This document shows positions 1-13,130 of a stretch of 64,000 nt of DNA, piece by piece. Both the position numbers and the translations under genes were made by a program. Position 1 is the first letter of the stretch, and every line of letters begins with the position of its first letter. The stretch spans positions 11,038,001 to 11,102,000 of the forward strand of contig CM097885.1 in NCBI GenBank assembly GCA_044892525.1, written 5' to 3'. This stretch comes from Schmidtea polychroa (taxonomy: Eukaryota). Below the pieces are notes generated by a model that saw nothing but the letters and a program-made list of their open reading frames with translations, did not search any database and was not told the origin of the DNA.

Positions 1-770
1 TACTGATGTATCCGTTGCACTTTTTTCATTTGAAAAACTTTAAAATGGTTAAGCGACTACAAAAATACTGGATTCGAACAGTAATTCTGGATTCGAGCAA
101 CTACACTTGCAGAAGATTTGGAAATATCTACAGAATTTCGAAATAAAAGGCTTCGGATAAGAAAGAAACATTTCAATTATGAATGCGATGATGAAACTAT
201 TGTAGATTTGATAAACCCATACAAGATATCCTTTTATAACTTTGTTTTAGGTAAAGCAACAGAATCACTAAAAGATCGTTTTGAACAATCAAAAACTCAT
301 AATGACTTATTTAGGTTTCTGGGCAAATTTCAAAATATGGAAAAAGAAGCACTTCAGAAATATGCAGCTAAATTAGAAATTTCTCAAACAGATTCTAGGT
401 TTACAGAAAATAATGCACCAATAGTGAAGGAAGCTGATATAGATGGAAATTTGTTGGTTGAAGAAATGGAAGCTTTAAAACCTATCCTTCTGTCAGAAAT
501 CTTTGAAAATTCACTTATAATGTTCAAATTTCTACCAGAAAATGACAGAGCAACGACATTTCAAAACTTCTTTATTGCTTTCTGAATATATTTAACGATT
601 CGAGTAAGCGTTGCTTATGTCTAAACCTAATAAAAAATGAGATCGACAATGACTCAGGATAGATTAAATAGTTGAGCAATTATGCCGATTGAAAATAAAG
701 AAGCAAGGAAATTGGATTTTCAAACTATGTTAGAAGAATTTACAGAAAATAAAACTTTGAAATGTGTAAA
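1..770 (+). mobile_element. hAT transposase C-terminal remnant (degraded)
   Basis: ORF 118-585 is followed by a broken hAT dimerisation-domain tail (IYLTIRVSVA...RSTMTQDRLNS*AIMPIENKEARKLDF) with stops and frameshifts. Confidence 0.75.
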
Positions 771-865
771 TTAATATATTCATATTTATTGATGTCAATT
801 TATATTCAATAAAATGTAATTGTTTTTTTATTTTGTGCATTTTTTATTTTTTAATGTATCTAGAA

Positions 866-1114
866 CAGGGGTGGGGAACCTGCGGCCTCCGGAGCCTTAT
901 CAAAATAAATCTAAATTTATATAAAAACCATGAATTTTGAGGATTTACAAATAAAAATGCTTGTAACTACTGAATTGTATATATACCGTACTGTACAAGC
1001 ATCCCGCTGAGTACAAAGAACGAAATATAAACGAAATACTTTTTGACTGCGGCCTCATTTGAAGGCGACAAATTTCAATGTGGCCTAAGGAAATAAAAAG
1101 GTTCCCCACCCCTG
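866..1114. mobile_element. hAT (Charlie/Buster-like) MITE
   Basis: 16-bp TIR CAGGGGTGGGGAACCT / AGGTTCCCCACCCCTG; perfect 8-bp TSD ATCTAGAA (858-865, 1115-1122). Confidence 0.92.
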
Positions 1115-1171
1115 ATCTAGAAGTTTGCCTATCTTATGATCCATGATATTTGATATGTATATATAATATAA

Positions 1172-2053
<882 letters not shown>

Positions 2054-2414
2054 GATAAAATCTAGCTTGATGGCTGTTGATGGCAGAATACATTAAATGC
2101 CTCCCCCTCCAGATCCGTAAAGATAACTACACCAGTTCTAATATTGACTTACTTGATGAAATTATGGGGTTAGTTGATTTTTGCAATGAATTTTTGTAGA
2201 AATTATGAAATATTTCCAAATCAAACAAATTTCCAAACAGTTTACTTTGAGTTCATCATATTTATTGTTTATGTCGGATAAAATTTTCCGAATTAATTAT
2301 ATTTCAAAAACTGAATAAAATTATTTTCAAATAAATAAAAATTAAACAGAAATTTTTAATGAGATTTTTGTATTTATTCAATTTTATTATTTAACTCCTT
2401 GATACGCAAAGTTG

Positions 2415-3120
2415 AAATCATCAGTTATAACTTTTTCTCACCCGTTGTCGTCTTTCTGTGATAATACTGCTCCAATCGTGTCAAAACTCGCATCAGTATC
2501 CAGTATGAATTCTCTTTCGAAATCTGGAAACCCTAGAATAGGTGAGGACACTAAAGCATTTTTCATATTTTCGAATGCGATGTTGCATCCGTCAGGTCAA
2601 ATTAATTTTTTGTTGTTTAACCCGCATATCTCTTCTAAACCTCTTGCCTTTTTTGCGTATTCCTTTATAAATCTTCTGTAATAATTGCATATTCCTAGGA
2701 AGCTTCTCAAATTCTTAACACATTTTGGCTTTTCAAATGATTTATTCGCGTTTAGCTTTATTGGGTCCGTCTGCATTCCATCTTTGTTGATTATATGACC
2801 TAAAAATTTGACGTCCTCTTTAAGGATATGGCACTTTTCAAGGTTTATCCTAAGACCCGCCTTTCCAATTTTGTCCAGTACTTCATTTAAAACTTCGTTG
2901 TGGTAATTGATCGTTTCTGTAAATATCAAAATATCGTCTAGATATACTGCTGCATATCTCATACTCATTAATACTTTTCCCATCAGTTCCCGAAACGTAC
3001 CTGGTGCCGCTGCTATTGCAAATGGCATTCTGTTAAAACAGTATTGCCTTGACTTGGTTGAAAACGCCATTTTTAGATTTGATTCGTCTTCTAGTTCTAC
3101 TTGATAATATGCATTTCCAA
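2415..3120 (-). mobile_element. Gypsy/Ty3 pol fragment (RT and RNase H start)
   Basis: GNAYYQ..., FNRMPF, YLDD catalytic motif, VKFLGH, LRSFLGICNYYRRFI, then PILGFPDFEREFILDTDAS...IGAVLSQ after an in-frame stop. Confidence 0.92.
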
Positions 3121-5208
3121 TTAAAATAATAAAAAAAAACTTAGTTAATTTCTTCCAATTTATTTATACAATCAGCTTCAACCAAATGTTTTCGTTCTGG
3201 GATTTGAGATTTGAGATTTTTTTCCTATTTATTTGTATAGTTAACCTCAACCAAAAGTTTTCGTTCTGCGACTCGAGGTTTGAGATTTAATGGGATTTAT
3301 CCTAATTGTATTAGTTGTATAACATTTTTTGTGATTGATTTTTTATTTGTGTTCAATATTTGTATAACGATAATTTACCATAGTAAATTATCGCTATATA
3401 GTTTCTTTTAATCTTTCTAAAACGCGATACGCGCCAAATGAAATAACCAAACGTTACAAAACCTTGTTAAAAAAAATAAAATATAATTATACATTACACA
3501 CTCAATTCTCTTTTTATGCGGTTTTTATGCGATTTTGAAATAATGCGGTGCAACAAAAATTTTTTTTAAATAACCAATTTTCTTTGAATAAACACATCTA
3601 AAATGTTTAAAAAAATCAATAAATTTATATTAAATAAACACTCAAACTTACCTGTGTGTTGATTTTTAGCGCTGCAATGAATAAACGCATTTAATATCAA
3701 AAGTGAGAAAGTGGTAGAAAAAATAAACTGACACCCATAGTAAAAAATGCATGCAAAATTTCGATATGTAGTAATAAATGATGAATGTGTCGTTGTAATG
3801 AATAAACGCAATATAATAAATCATTTACAAAAATTTTTAGAGAAATTTGGAGGATAAGATTTTTGACGAAAATTCCGAAAACTCAACATAATTTCGTAAG
3901 ATATATTTTAAATTTTTAACAAATTTAATTGTTCTTTAGTATTTCACACTGTCCTATTTAGATATATTTACATCTATTTAGTTATATGTAACAAAGCCAC
4001 TCCTTAATTTCAATTAAACAAATTAATTTTAAAAATAAAATAAATTAATTACATATATCTATGAATGGTACTTGTGTAAGTGAATTCCAGAGTTATATAG
4101 ATAAATATCTATGTAAAAAAAATTTTTGTGGAAAAGTTGGTGATTTTTGGAATTTGATTAGTTTGCTTGCAACAAATTGATTTACTTTTATTTTGTGTTA
4201 TCTTTTAATTTTATTTTGATTTCAAAAACTTATTAAAAAATAATTAAATTAAAATTTAATTGCAATTAAGGGGATTATTGTTATATATAGCCATTTTTGA
4301 TGCATTTTAAGAAATTATTTTGGTTTTATAAGATTTTTTGAACGCATTTACATTTTGCATATAAATATGTCTTTTTTATGCGATTTTTTTATGTGGGAAT
4401 TTCCATGGAAAGTATATTTTGGTTATTGTTTCGTGGAGTGGAATGTTTGCGATTAAAGGGCCCACCTAATTTATATTATGATTGAAGTAATTTGACCGAC
4501 ACTTATGCATAGGGTTGTAATATTTCCTTTTTAGGATTTCATTATTTTTTCATTTTGCTTTAAATTATTTATCAATGCTCTTTCGTATTTAGCACATTTT
4601 TTCGGAACTGCTTTTTATTAAATAAAACTTGGGAATAGGAAGTGCCGGAAATTCGTGTTAAATATGAAGTCAAAATCGAAATCGAAAATAAAAATATTCT
4701 AAATAAATTTAAAAAATGCAAGATGAAAAAAAAAGAAAAATGATTCTGTTGTTGTATTCAATAAAATTCCAATTGTGCCATCGATGGACAAAATGTGATC
4801 AAAATTGTCATTTGTTTTATTATTAATTGTACATTTTTATTGGCTGGATTTCTGAACGCTTAGTGTGTGCGTGCGTGAGTGCGCTTTGTAGCTTTAATTT
4901 TATTGGATTACATAAATATCATTTCTAGAGAGTAATTGAAAGCAATTTTAATAAACTTATTTATTTTATAATAAATTTTCCTAAACTTAAAGTGAATTCA
5001 GTGAATTTCTGAAAAAAATAAACCACTAAATCAATATTGCACTCGAGGTTATGAAATGGAATCGAAATCACTTGAAATTAGTTTTCATCAAACTATTCAA
5101 TTAAACAAACAATTCATCTCAAATTCCAATATTCCGATGGAAAAATTAAATAAAGATTTGATCGAATCACAGCTATATGATTTGGAAATAATAAAATTTA
5201 TTAATTAA

Positions 5209-5209
5209 A

Positions 5210-5284
<75 letters not shown>

Positions 5285-5303
5285 CATAATAATAATGATG
5301 ATA
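5209..5303. repeat. (AAT)n microsatellite
   Basis: Read directly from the sequence. Confidence 0.9.
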
Positions 5304-5334
5304 GTATAAAATGATGATTGCTTGGTAGCAGCAT

Positions 5335-6683
5335 TTATAATTTAAAACAATAAAATGATAATTTAAGCCTTTTGCTGCAAATAATGTATTTAATGAAAGA
5401 ATTTTCGACTATACGATAGTCCTTGTCAATCTCCTGGAATTTAGCAATGTTCTTCTTCAAAATACCCTTCAATCTTTCTTTTATTTCCTTTCTCTTAATT
5501 CTCATTGGTTGTAAATATAATGAATTGTTTTACTAAAAACTTTTAAAATTTTTTTATAATTTTTACATTTAAAATTTCAAAATGACACAAACTAAAATTT
5601 TTAAATTTTTTACAGCTTCTATAATTAGCTTCTAGAAGCCTAATAAAATATTTGAAAATATTTTAAATAAAGCCTCCAATAACTACTTATATATGCTATT
5701 TAAATATTTCAATAAATGTGTCAATTTTGATTTTCAAACCCTATTTTTTAAAATTTTTTTCTATATTATTCTAATTATTACTTTTTAATTTATTCTTATT
5801 TTTTTAATTTCTTTGTATATTGTCAGTTATTCTCAAAGTCAATGACAACAGATCAAATTCATGATTTCATTGATTTCTTCTTTAGTGTTGATCTTTGGCT
5901 GTCTGTTTATTATGAGAATTGCTTCTTTGATTCTGACATTTTTCTTTTGGATGTTTCCATTAGCTATGATTTCTATTGAAATATTTTTTCTTTCCTCTGT
6001 TGGCTGACACTGCCGGAGATGTCTGCCCAACGAGGATGTTCCACCAGGATCTAGATGTTCTTTAACTCTTTGGTGCAATGTCCTGAGGGTACTTTCAATG
6101 TAGATTTCATTGCATACATTGCACGTGATGCAATAGACGATGTTTTTTCTAAAGCACATATCTTTCGGTGTCTGGCAGTTTTTCATTGTGCAATTGTTTT
6201 CTCTATTTATGTTGCCTGCCAGAGCCCTTCTCAATGTCCAAGATTTATGTGCTATCCGAATTGGAAGACCGGTACGTTTAAGTTCTTTCAGGATCTTGAA
6301 GTCGAGTATGTCACTGATGAATGGGATATTCAGATAGAAATATTTCTGATTCTTTTGTGTTAATTCCCTAGATCTTCTTGGGGTAGAATTCAATTTTTCA
6401 ATGTCCTCACCTTGGTATCCGTTTCGGTGTAGGATTTTATTGAAATTTGATTGCTCTTTAAAGTTTTCGTTTTTCTCCGTGCATCGATTGGCTATTCTTC
6501 GTTTCTCGTTTCTTATGACATGTACTTTCTGTAAGTATGGAAGCGCTGATCTTTGGTGCATAAATATTTCTTTGCGAGCTGGTTTTCTGTAGAACCCGTA
6601 TGTTGGAGTATTTTCTTCTATTTTGATTCTCAAATCCAATAAATTGAGGGATCCATCTTCTTCCGGAAATTCGATTTCGAACT
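5335..6683 (-). mobile_element. 5'-truncated Penelope-like retroelement (RT thumb plus GIY-YIG endonuclease)
   Basis: FEIEFPEEDGSLNLLDLRI...YRKP (RT C-terminus). ORF 5839-6639 has a GIY-YIG-like motif NIVYCITCNVCNEIYIE(S)T.RTL..R.KEH and KEA.LI...PKIN. Confidence 0.88.
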
Positions 6684-6690
6684 TAATATC

Positions 6691-6705
6691 TTGATGATAA
6701 TAATG

Positions 6706-6792
<87 letters not shown>

Positions 6793-6797
6793 TTAAT

Positions 6798-6837
<40 letters not shown>

Positions 6838-6849
6838 GTAATAATAATA

Positions 6850-6939
<90 letters not shown>
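6691..6939. repeat. (AAT)n microsatellite
   Basis: Read directly from the sequence; it explains the poly-Leu and poly-Ile ORFs. Confidence 0.97.
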
Positions 6940-6940
<1 letters not shown>

Positions 6941-8144
6941 CAGCATTAAATGAAATAATTATTTTCCAACTACTCTCTAAAAAACAATTAATTGAATGGA
7001 TTTAGTTGTGAATATTTTTAATTATAAATTACGCAGAGAGATTGTGAAATTAATTCGAATTTTTATCATCATAGATTAATATAATAATTTATAAATAATT
7101 TTTCAGGAAAGTTAATTTTAAATAAAAATTATATTTAAAACTGATTAATTGATAAGGAGTGAATTTTTCATATTAATTATCTTTTAAATGCGGTTTATAT
7201 TTTTAAAATTCGTGCCTTGTTGTTGGCATAAAATCGTTGTTGAATTTATGAAATTATTTAATTTATCTACATAATTTTATCAGATGGATTTAATTTTAAA
7301 ATATTTTTCATTATAATTTTGTCAGAAATATTCTCAATAAATTTCATTCATGTGACCTTGAAATGGAATAGCGTTCATTTTGAATTTGATGTTGTTCTAT
7401 TTTTATTTGATCATGTTCATTTTTATTAAAATTGTTTAGTATTTTGTGTAAGTTAGTATCACTGTATGACTCCTTGATGTCCCTTTATTAAGCAAATCGA
7501 ACACCCCAACACAATAATATTTATTCGAAATTACCACAATTACACTTTTTATCTAGTACACACTTTAATAAAAAAAATTCAGTTTACACTATTTTAAGTA
7601 ACTCTTTTTGTTCTGCACACTTTTCAATTTCCACTTCAGTCTGGCACAGCGATAAATCTTCCAATGGGAGATCTCCCTTTCTAGTACGCTAATACTCAAA
7701 TTGATTTGGTTAGTCCTAAGTTATAAATTCGCTTTCTATTCCTTTTTAATTTATTGAGCTTTTTTCTTTGACCAACTGGCAAAAGATTAAAAGACAATTA
7801 TTCAAGCTTCAATCAAAATTTAAATTAAATGCAGGGGGCTGATTTGCGAAAAACCAAAATAAGCAGTTTCTTAGATTTCCGGAAATTTCTTCCCATAAAA
7901 AGATGTCGATTAGTTAAGATTTTATTTGGTAAAATGACAAGACTTAGCTCCAAACATAGCAATTTGGCGGAAGATTAGAGGTCTACATATGAAACAAAAG
8001 TACTAATCCGTGTCACTGATTCATGGATACGTAGTAAAGTTTGGCAGCGCCATCGTAGTGCTACTAGAAACTGATGTAGTTTATTTAAGGTGGGTTGACA
8101 GTCACCTATGTTATTTTCTCTTTAAGTTTTATAACCAAAATAAC

Positions 8145-8810
8145 CAGGGACGAAGCCAGGTTTTCAGCTTGGGAGGGGCCAAAATCATTAATTATTGCAA
8201 TTCACCAAGCAATGTTAAAAGTTTATAAGTTTATTCAAAATGATTAAGTTGCAAGCTTCGATAATTTCATTTTGAATTGTAGGACTAGTATATGTTGCAT
8301 TTTCCCCACAATATGATAAGTGTTCCAATAGTTTTGTATCCCCTGCGTCAATTCGCAATTTTAGTAATTCTCGAAAATTTCCTTGGACAATTTGGTGTTC
8401 ATCAATATTTTTAACATCAATTTGGCCGATGTCATGATTACCGCAAAGAGTCAAGCCATTACGGCCACAAAATAATATTTTTTTTATTATCGGTATTAAA
8501 TTTTTTTTATCTGTTTTCAATTGCTTGTTGTTTTCTGCCTTTTTTGATGCAGTTGGTCAATCGACATAACTCCATTGTTATTTATTTTAGTTAAATTTTC
8601 GTAATGAAATATTGAAAATTTATGATACTCTGAGAAACCATGCTCGCTACAGTTATCAAGTGCTTTTTTCCAGTTGTTAAAAGGTTTTGTACATAGTTGT
8701 CCAGTAGCTTGTGAGTTTGAGTGACCAACTTCGTCTCAGAGTCATTCATTTTTTTCAACGCAATGATCCTCTTCTTTTCATTATGATCTATTTATACCAG
8801 TCGATTCCAG
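8145..8810 (-). mobile_element. hAT transposase N-terminal remnant (THAP12/ZMYM1-like, DUF4371 region)
   Basis: ORF 8215-8520: ILFCGRNGLTL...GNFRELL...LLEHL...NATYTSPTIQNEII. A GC-rich hAT-like terminus CAGGGACGAAGCCAGG lies at 8145. Confidence 0.8.
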
Positions 8811-10024
8811 AAAATGAAATTTAATTTCCAATTGACAAAGAAAAAACTCGAAATTTCCAATCACAATCGATATTATTAATTCAAATTCCATATAAATTCG
8901 ATTGCAAAAAAACAAAGCGAAAATTCGAATATCCACGAATTGAAACAAACTCAAAGTTCATCTACAAAATTCAAAATTCAATAGTTAAAAGAACAAGAAT
9001 TCGAACATAGACGCGAAGAACCTACATAGGCACGAAAGAATTATCAATTAAAAACACCGACAGGGAAAGGAGCACTTTATTATGATAGTTTACTATACTA
9101 AGTTAATTATTGTTTTCTTATTAATTTATGTTTAGAAGATGTGAAGAGCCCGACTGCGTCTCCTGTAAAAATATGTGGCTGGACAGTCGAAATGCCTGTA
9201 TATATTGCGTATTACAACTTGAGTAATAATGTTTTCAAAGATTATGATAAAAATAACAAGGAAATGCAATTAATAAATAATGTTACTAAACTCTTTTTAA
9301 GAAACAAAAAGAAAAACCTTAATTAATTGTGCTCGGTTAGGATTTCACTGAAAGGGTAACTTTCATTTGTAGTTAATCTGTAATTAATAGTTCTTTGACT
9401 GGATTTTAATCAGTAGTTAATAACTCTAATTGATTTTTTTCGAATTTTTAAAATTTTTTTCAATTTGTGTTTTTACACTATACTATAACTTTATTATTTA
9501 ATGAGTACTATATTATTCTCTTTTTTACTAAAATAATTCAAATCAACTTTTTTTATTCAAAAATTTATTTTATAAATCATCTAGCACTTAAATAATTATT
9601 GATCTGAACTAAAATAATATTGAACCTGAACTAAAATTATTCTTGATTGAAGCTCAAATGGCAAGAGCATGATGTTAGAAGATGGAAAATTTTAAAACTT
9701 AAACATTACATAATAGGGACAAATAAATATAGAGTAAATATACATGTGTACAAAAATCAATAAAATCTAAGTGATTAATGGGATAAACATTATTATATTG
9801 TGATAATAACTCATTTGATTATTAACAATTTGGATGTAATTAGTCAATTTATTTATTTATGTTATTAAGCTGTAAATATATATTTTATTTTTATTGATTT
9901 ATTAGTTTATTATAATATACATGAACTTTATATTTTATAATAAATAACGGATTGAAAACGATGATATTTATGTATGTGTTGTTTAATATTATTTATTTTT
10001 GTTATTATTGTTTATTATTTGTTG

Positions 10025-10042
10025 TTTGTTATTATTATTGTT

Positions 10043-10116
<74 letters not shown>
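10025..10116. repeat. (TAT)n microsatellite
   Basis: Read directly from the sequence. Confidence 0.9.
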
Positions 10117-10117
<1 letters not shown>

Positions 10118-10275
10118 TTACTGATTTTACAAAGACTTTAAGGAGTTTACAAGAAGTTTCCGGTTTTCTGCTGTGCATTTATTAATTAAAATATTTCATT
10201 TTTTCAGACTTGAAAATAGACCCTATTTTTGACTGGGTGCCCCGCAGTTGCGGGCCGATAGTTACGCTACTGCCT

Positions 10276-10432
10276 CTGACAGAGCTCGAGGATTTTCTGC
10301 TCGGTATACAAGCATCGGTTTTAGTTTTAAATCTCCTGCTGCATTACCACCGAATAATAGTTTAAGACGATCTTTTGAGATTTTATATCCCGGGCATAAC
10401 TTCTCATTCACTGCAATAAAAGAGCGTGTTGG
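10276..10432 (-). mobile_element. Tigger/pogo DDE transposase fragment
   Basis: The minus strand translates to [51 protein letters not shown], the characteristic Tigger/CENP-B DDE segment. Confidence 0.85.
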
Positions 10433-11199
10433 TAAAAGAATTGAATTTTATCTGATTCTTATATATTAATTATATAGTTGGTTATTTTTCTCTAGTGTAG
10501 AACAAGGGTCCTGTAGATCTGAATTCTATCCTGTAATATTGCATATATTAATTGTGTACATTTTTCATTACTAATAATTATATTGACTTTTCCAGTATAA
10601 CGCAGTCTCATCTACATTGAATATTCGTCTTTGTAACCACCTTTTTCTATAATTCTGGACAATTCTTCTGGATAGAATTTTAAAGCCGCCTCTTTATCTG
10701 CACTTGCAGATTCCCCAACAATACGTACGTTGTGAATTTCAAAACCGTACTATGCGAGGTATTCCTGTATTGTTAACTTTATATTTTTAATTTGTAATTG
10801 TGATAATTTAATAAATTTATTGAACCAGTGTTTGTGTTCTTATTTATATAGGAACCATCAAGGTGAGATTTGAGAACCTCAACAATAATGTCATTTTTGT
10901 ATAATTCAGAGTTTTCGCGGCATCTCTTTAAATAATATGTTATTTCCTTCTCTCTTATAACTTCGAAGCGGCTTCTGTATTTTTAAATATGAAAAAGTAA
11001 CAACTATTTACTCTTGTCATTTTGTTTTACAGTTAGGGTGGCTTTACTGTTTACTATAAATAAGCTGTGTTCTATTTAAAAAAACAAATAAATTAAAAAT
11101 CATTTCATTGATTTAACTTGTTTTTTAACATTACTATTTTACAATTTTGTTAGATACCGTACTAAAATGTCGATAAAAGACGAAGAAAACGACATCAAT

Positions 11200-13130
11200 T
11201 TCTATGATTATATTAATTATGAAGGTGGAGACGAGGATAACGACAATAAAAATGATAACAGCGAAAACGAGCGTGATAATGGAGAATACGACGAAGCCGA
11301 AGATGACGAAGAAGAACAACCTAATAAAAGAAGTTGAGGCGAAAGCCTACAATACGACTTAACCGAAATTTATGATACAAAGCAGGAAGCGATTGAGTCA
11401 CTGAAAATTCACGAGAGCTTAAAACAATTTAAGTGGTCAAAGCGAAATACAAATGTATCTGCAAATTCTGTTAGCCTTAACTACATATGTACAACAGTTC
11501 GTGGTGCCAAATGCTCAGCCAGAATAAGCATCATTATACCAAGCGTCAACAAGCAGATTGAAGTACGCCTTTGTGATAAGCACGAAAATACAACGACGCT
11601 CAAAGAGAAAGGCATACCAGAAGCAACCAAACTAACAATTAAAGAAAATTTAAACACGCGTGTAGCTCGCACAGCAACTGTGATCGTGCGCGTTTTGCTA
11701 GAAAGAAACATTCTACAGCCTACAATAAGTCAAATCAATAACTTCCTTTCTGGTTACCGAAAAAAAGTTATTCAAGGAACAAATTCTATGAAATCTTTTA
11801 ATTTGGCTTCATTGCAACAATTGTGCATCGATAACAAATTATCGCAAATGGACGATGAGTTCTGCTATGACTATGACATTGATTACAGTTTTGAAACTAA
11901 AAAATCTACAGATCGCGTGTTCTGGTCGTTGAAACTTCTTATCAGCTTGACGCAGTACAACAAAAATCATGTCCATTGCGATGCAACCTACAAACTTAAC
12001 TGGAATGGCTATCCAATTAGGCACAACGGATGCAGCCAAAGCATTCCATCCGTAAGGGTTGGCTTTATGCAAATTTGAATAAGATGAAGACTACGCCTTT
12101 GCATTTAATGCTTTCAAAAAAGCAGTCAAAGAATTCGATGTTGCCGATTTTAAACCGAAATACTTAGTGGCAGACGCAACGCAGGTTATTTCAAATGGCT
12201 TTGAATTAGCATTCGGTTTTAAACCGGCGAGGATCATAATGTGGTACCATATGAAAACAAAGGTGGAAGAGGCGTTGTTCAAAGTAAAGAAAACTAATCG
12301 CGATCATTTGTTGAATGAAATCGTTATTATGCAGAAATTTATGCAGAAATTTATGCAGAAAGATGTATTTGAACACACATATTTCATTTGGCGGTGCAAG
12401 TGGCTAAACAGAAAAAATCATTTAGTAACTTTGTTCCTGAGTTATTTCGACGAATGTTTGATTAAACAGAATCCAGGATGGTATCATGATTTTGTGACAT
12501 ATGAAGAAGAGCGAATTCCAGCCACTAATAATGCAGTAGAATCAACGAATAAAATTATTAAGACACATTCGACTTTCCAAAGCCAGATGCCGATGGAAGA
12601 TCTTTGCCACTGTGCCATGCATGATATCATCAAAAACTGGTGACAGGACCGCAGTCCTGGAACAGATGAGCAACCAAATGCCAATTTCAAAGTTTTCCAA
12701 CTTGTTCCGCCTTTCGCTTTAAAAGACTACGATGCAGCATTTGAGTGGCTTGAAAAAGATAAAAGGCTCTTGCTAGTTTAGCCAAATTTTTACATACCAG
12801 CTAAACAATCTAAAAAGATAATAAAGAAAGATGTTGAAGCGTTTAAGGATGCTCGTGACAAAAGCATTTAGAAGACCTTTAACGTTTTAGTTAAGCAAAT
12901 CAACAGCCTTTATGAAATTAAAATCAACAAAACGCAATGAAGATTGCCGCGATGCAGTTGCGATTGGAACAGCAAAAATTACATCTGCAAACATGTCATT
13001 GGAGTAAGCTCAAAATTGAAAATTACCAGATTCCCATCGCCTTTGTTAACAAACCATTAGTCGAGGAAGACCCACTTTGGCAGCAGCAGCACTAGTGTTA
13101 AATCCTACTGGATTTAAAAAAGCTTAAAAT
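11200..13130 (+). mobile_element. MULE (Mutator) transposase pseudogene with SWIM zinc finger
   Basis: HCDATYKLNWNGYP, YLVADA, IMWYHM, TNNAVESTNKIIK and SWIM-type CSCDWNSKNYICKH (about 12953-12994), with frameshifts and stops. Confidence 0.88.

Noticed and set aside
3178..3290. Two approximately 40-bp direct repeats resembling a repeat-spacer unit
   Set aside because: Only two diverged copies in eukaryotic DNA with no cas genes; a simple local duplication, not CRISPR.
5335..5839. Hammerhead ribozyme expected in a Penelope pseudo-LTR
   Set aside because: No convincing CTGANGA...GAAA core with stems was found by eye.
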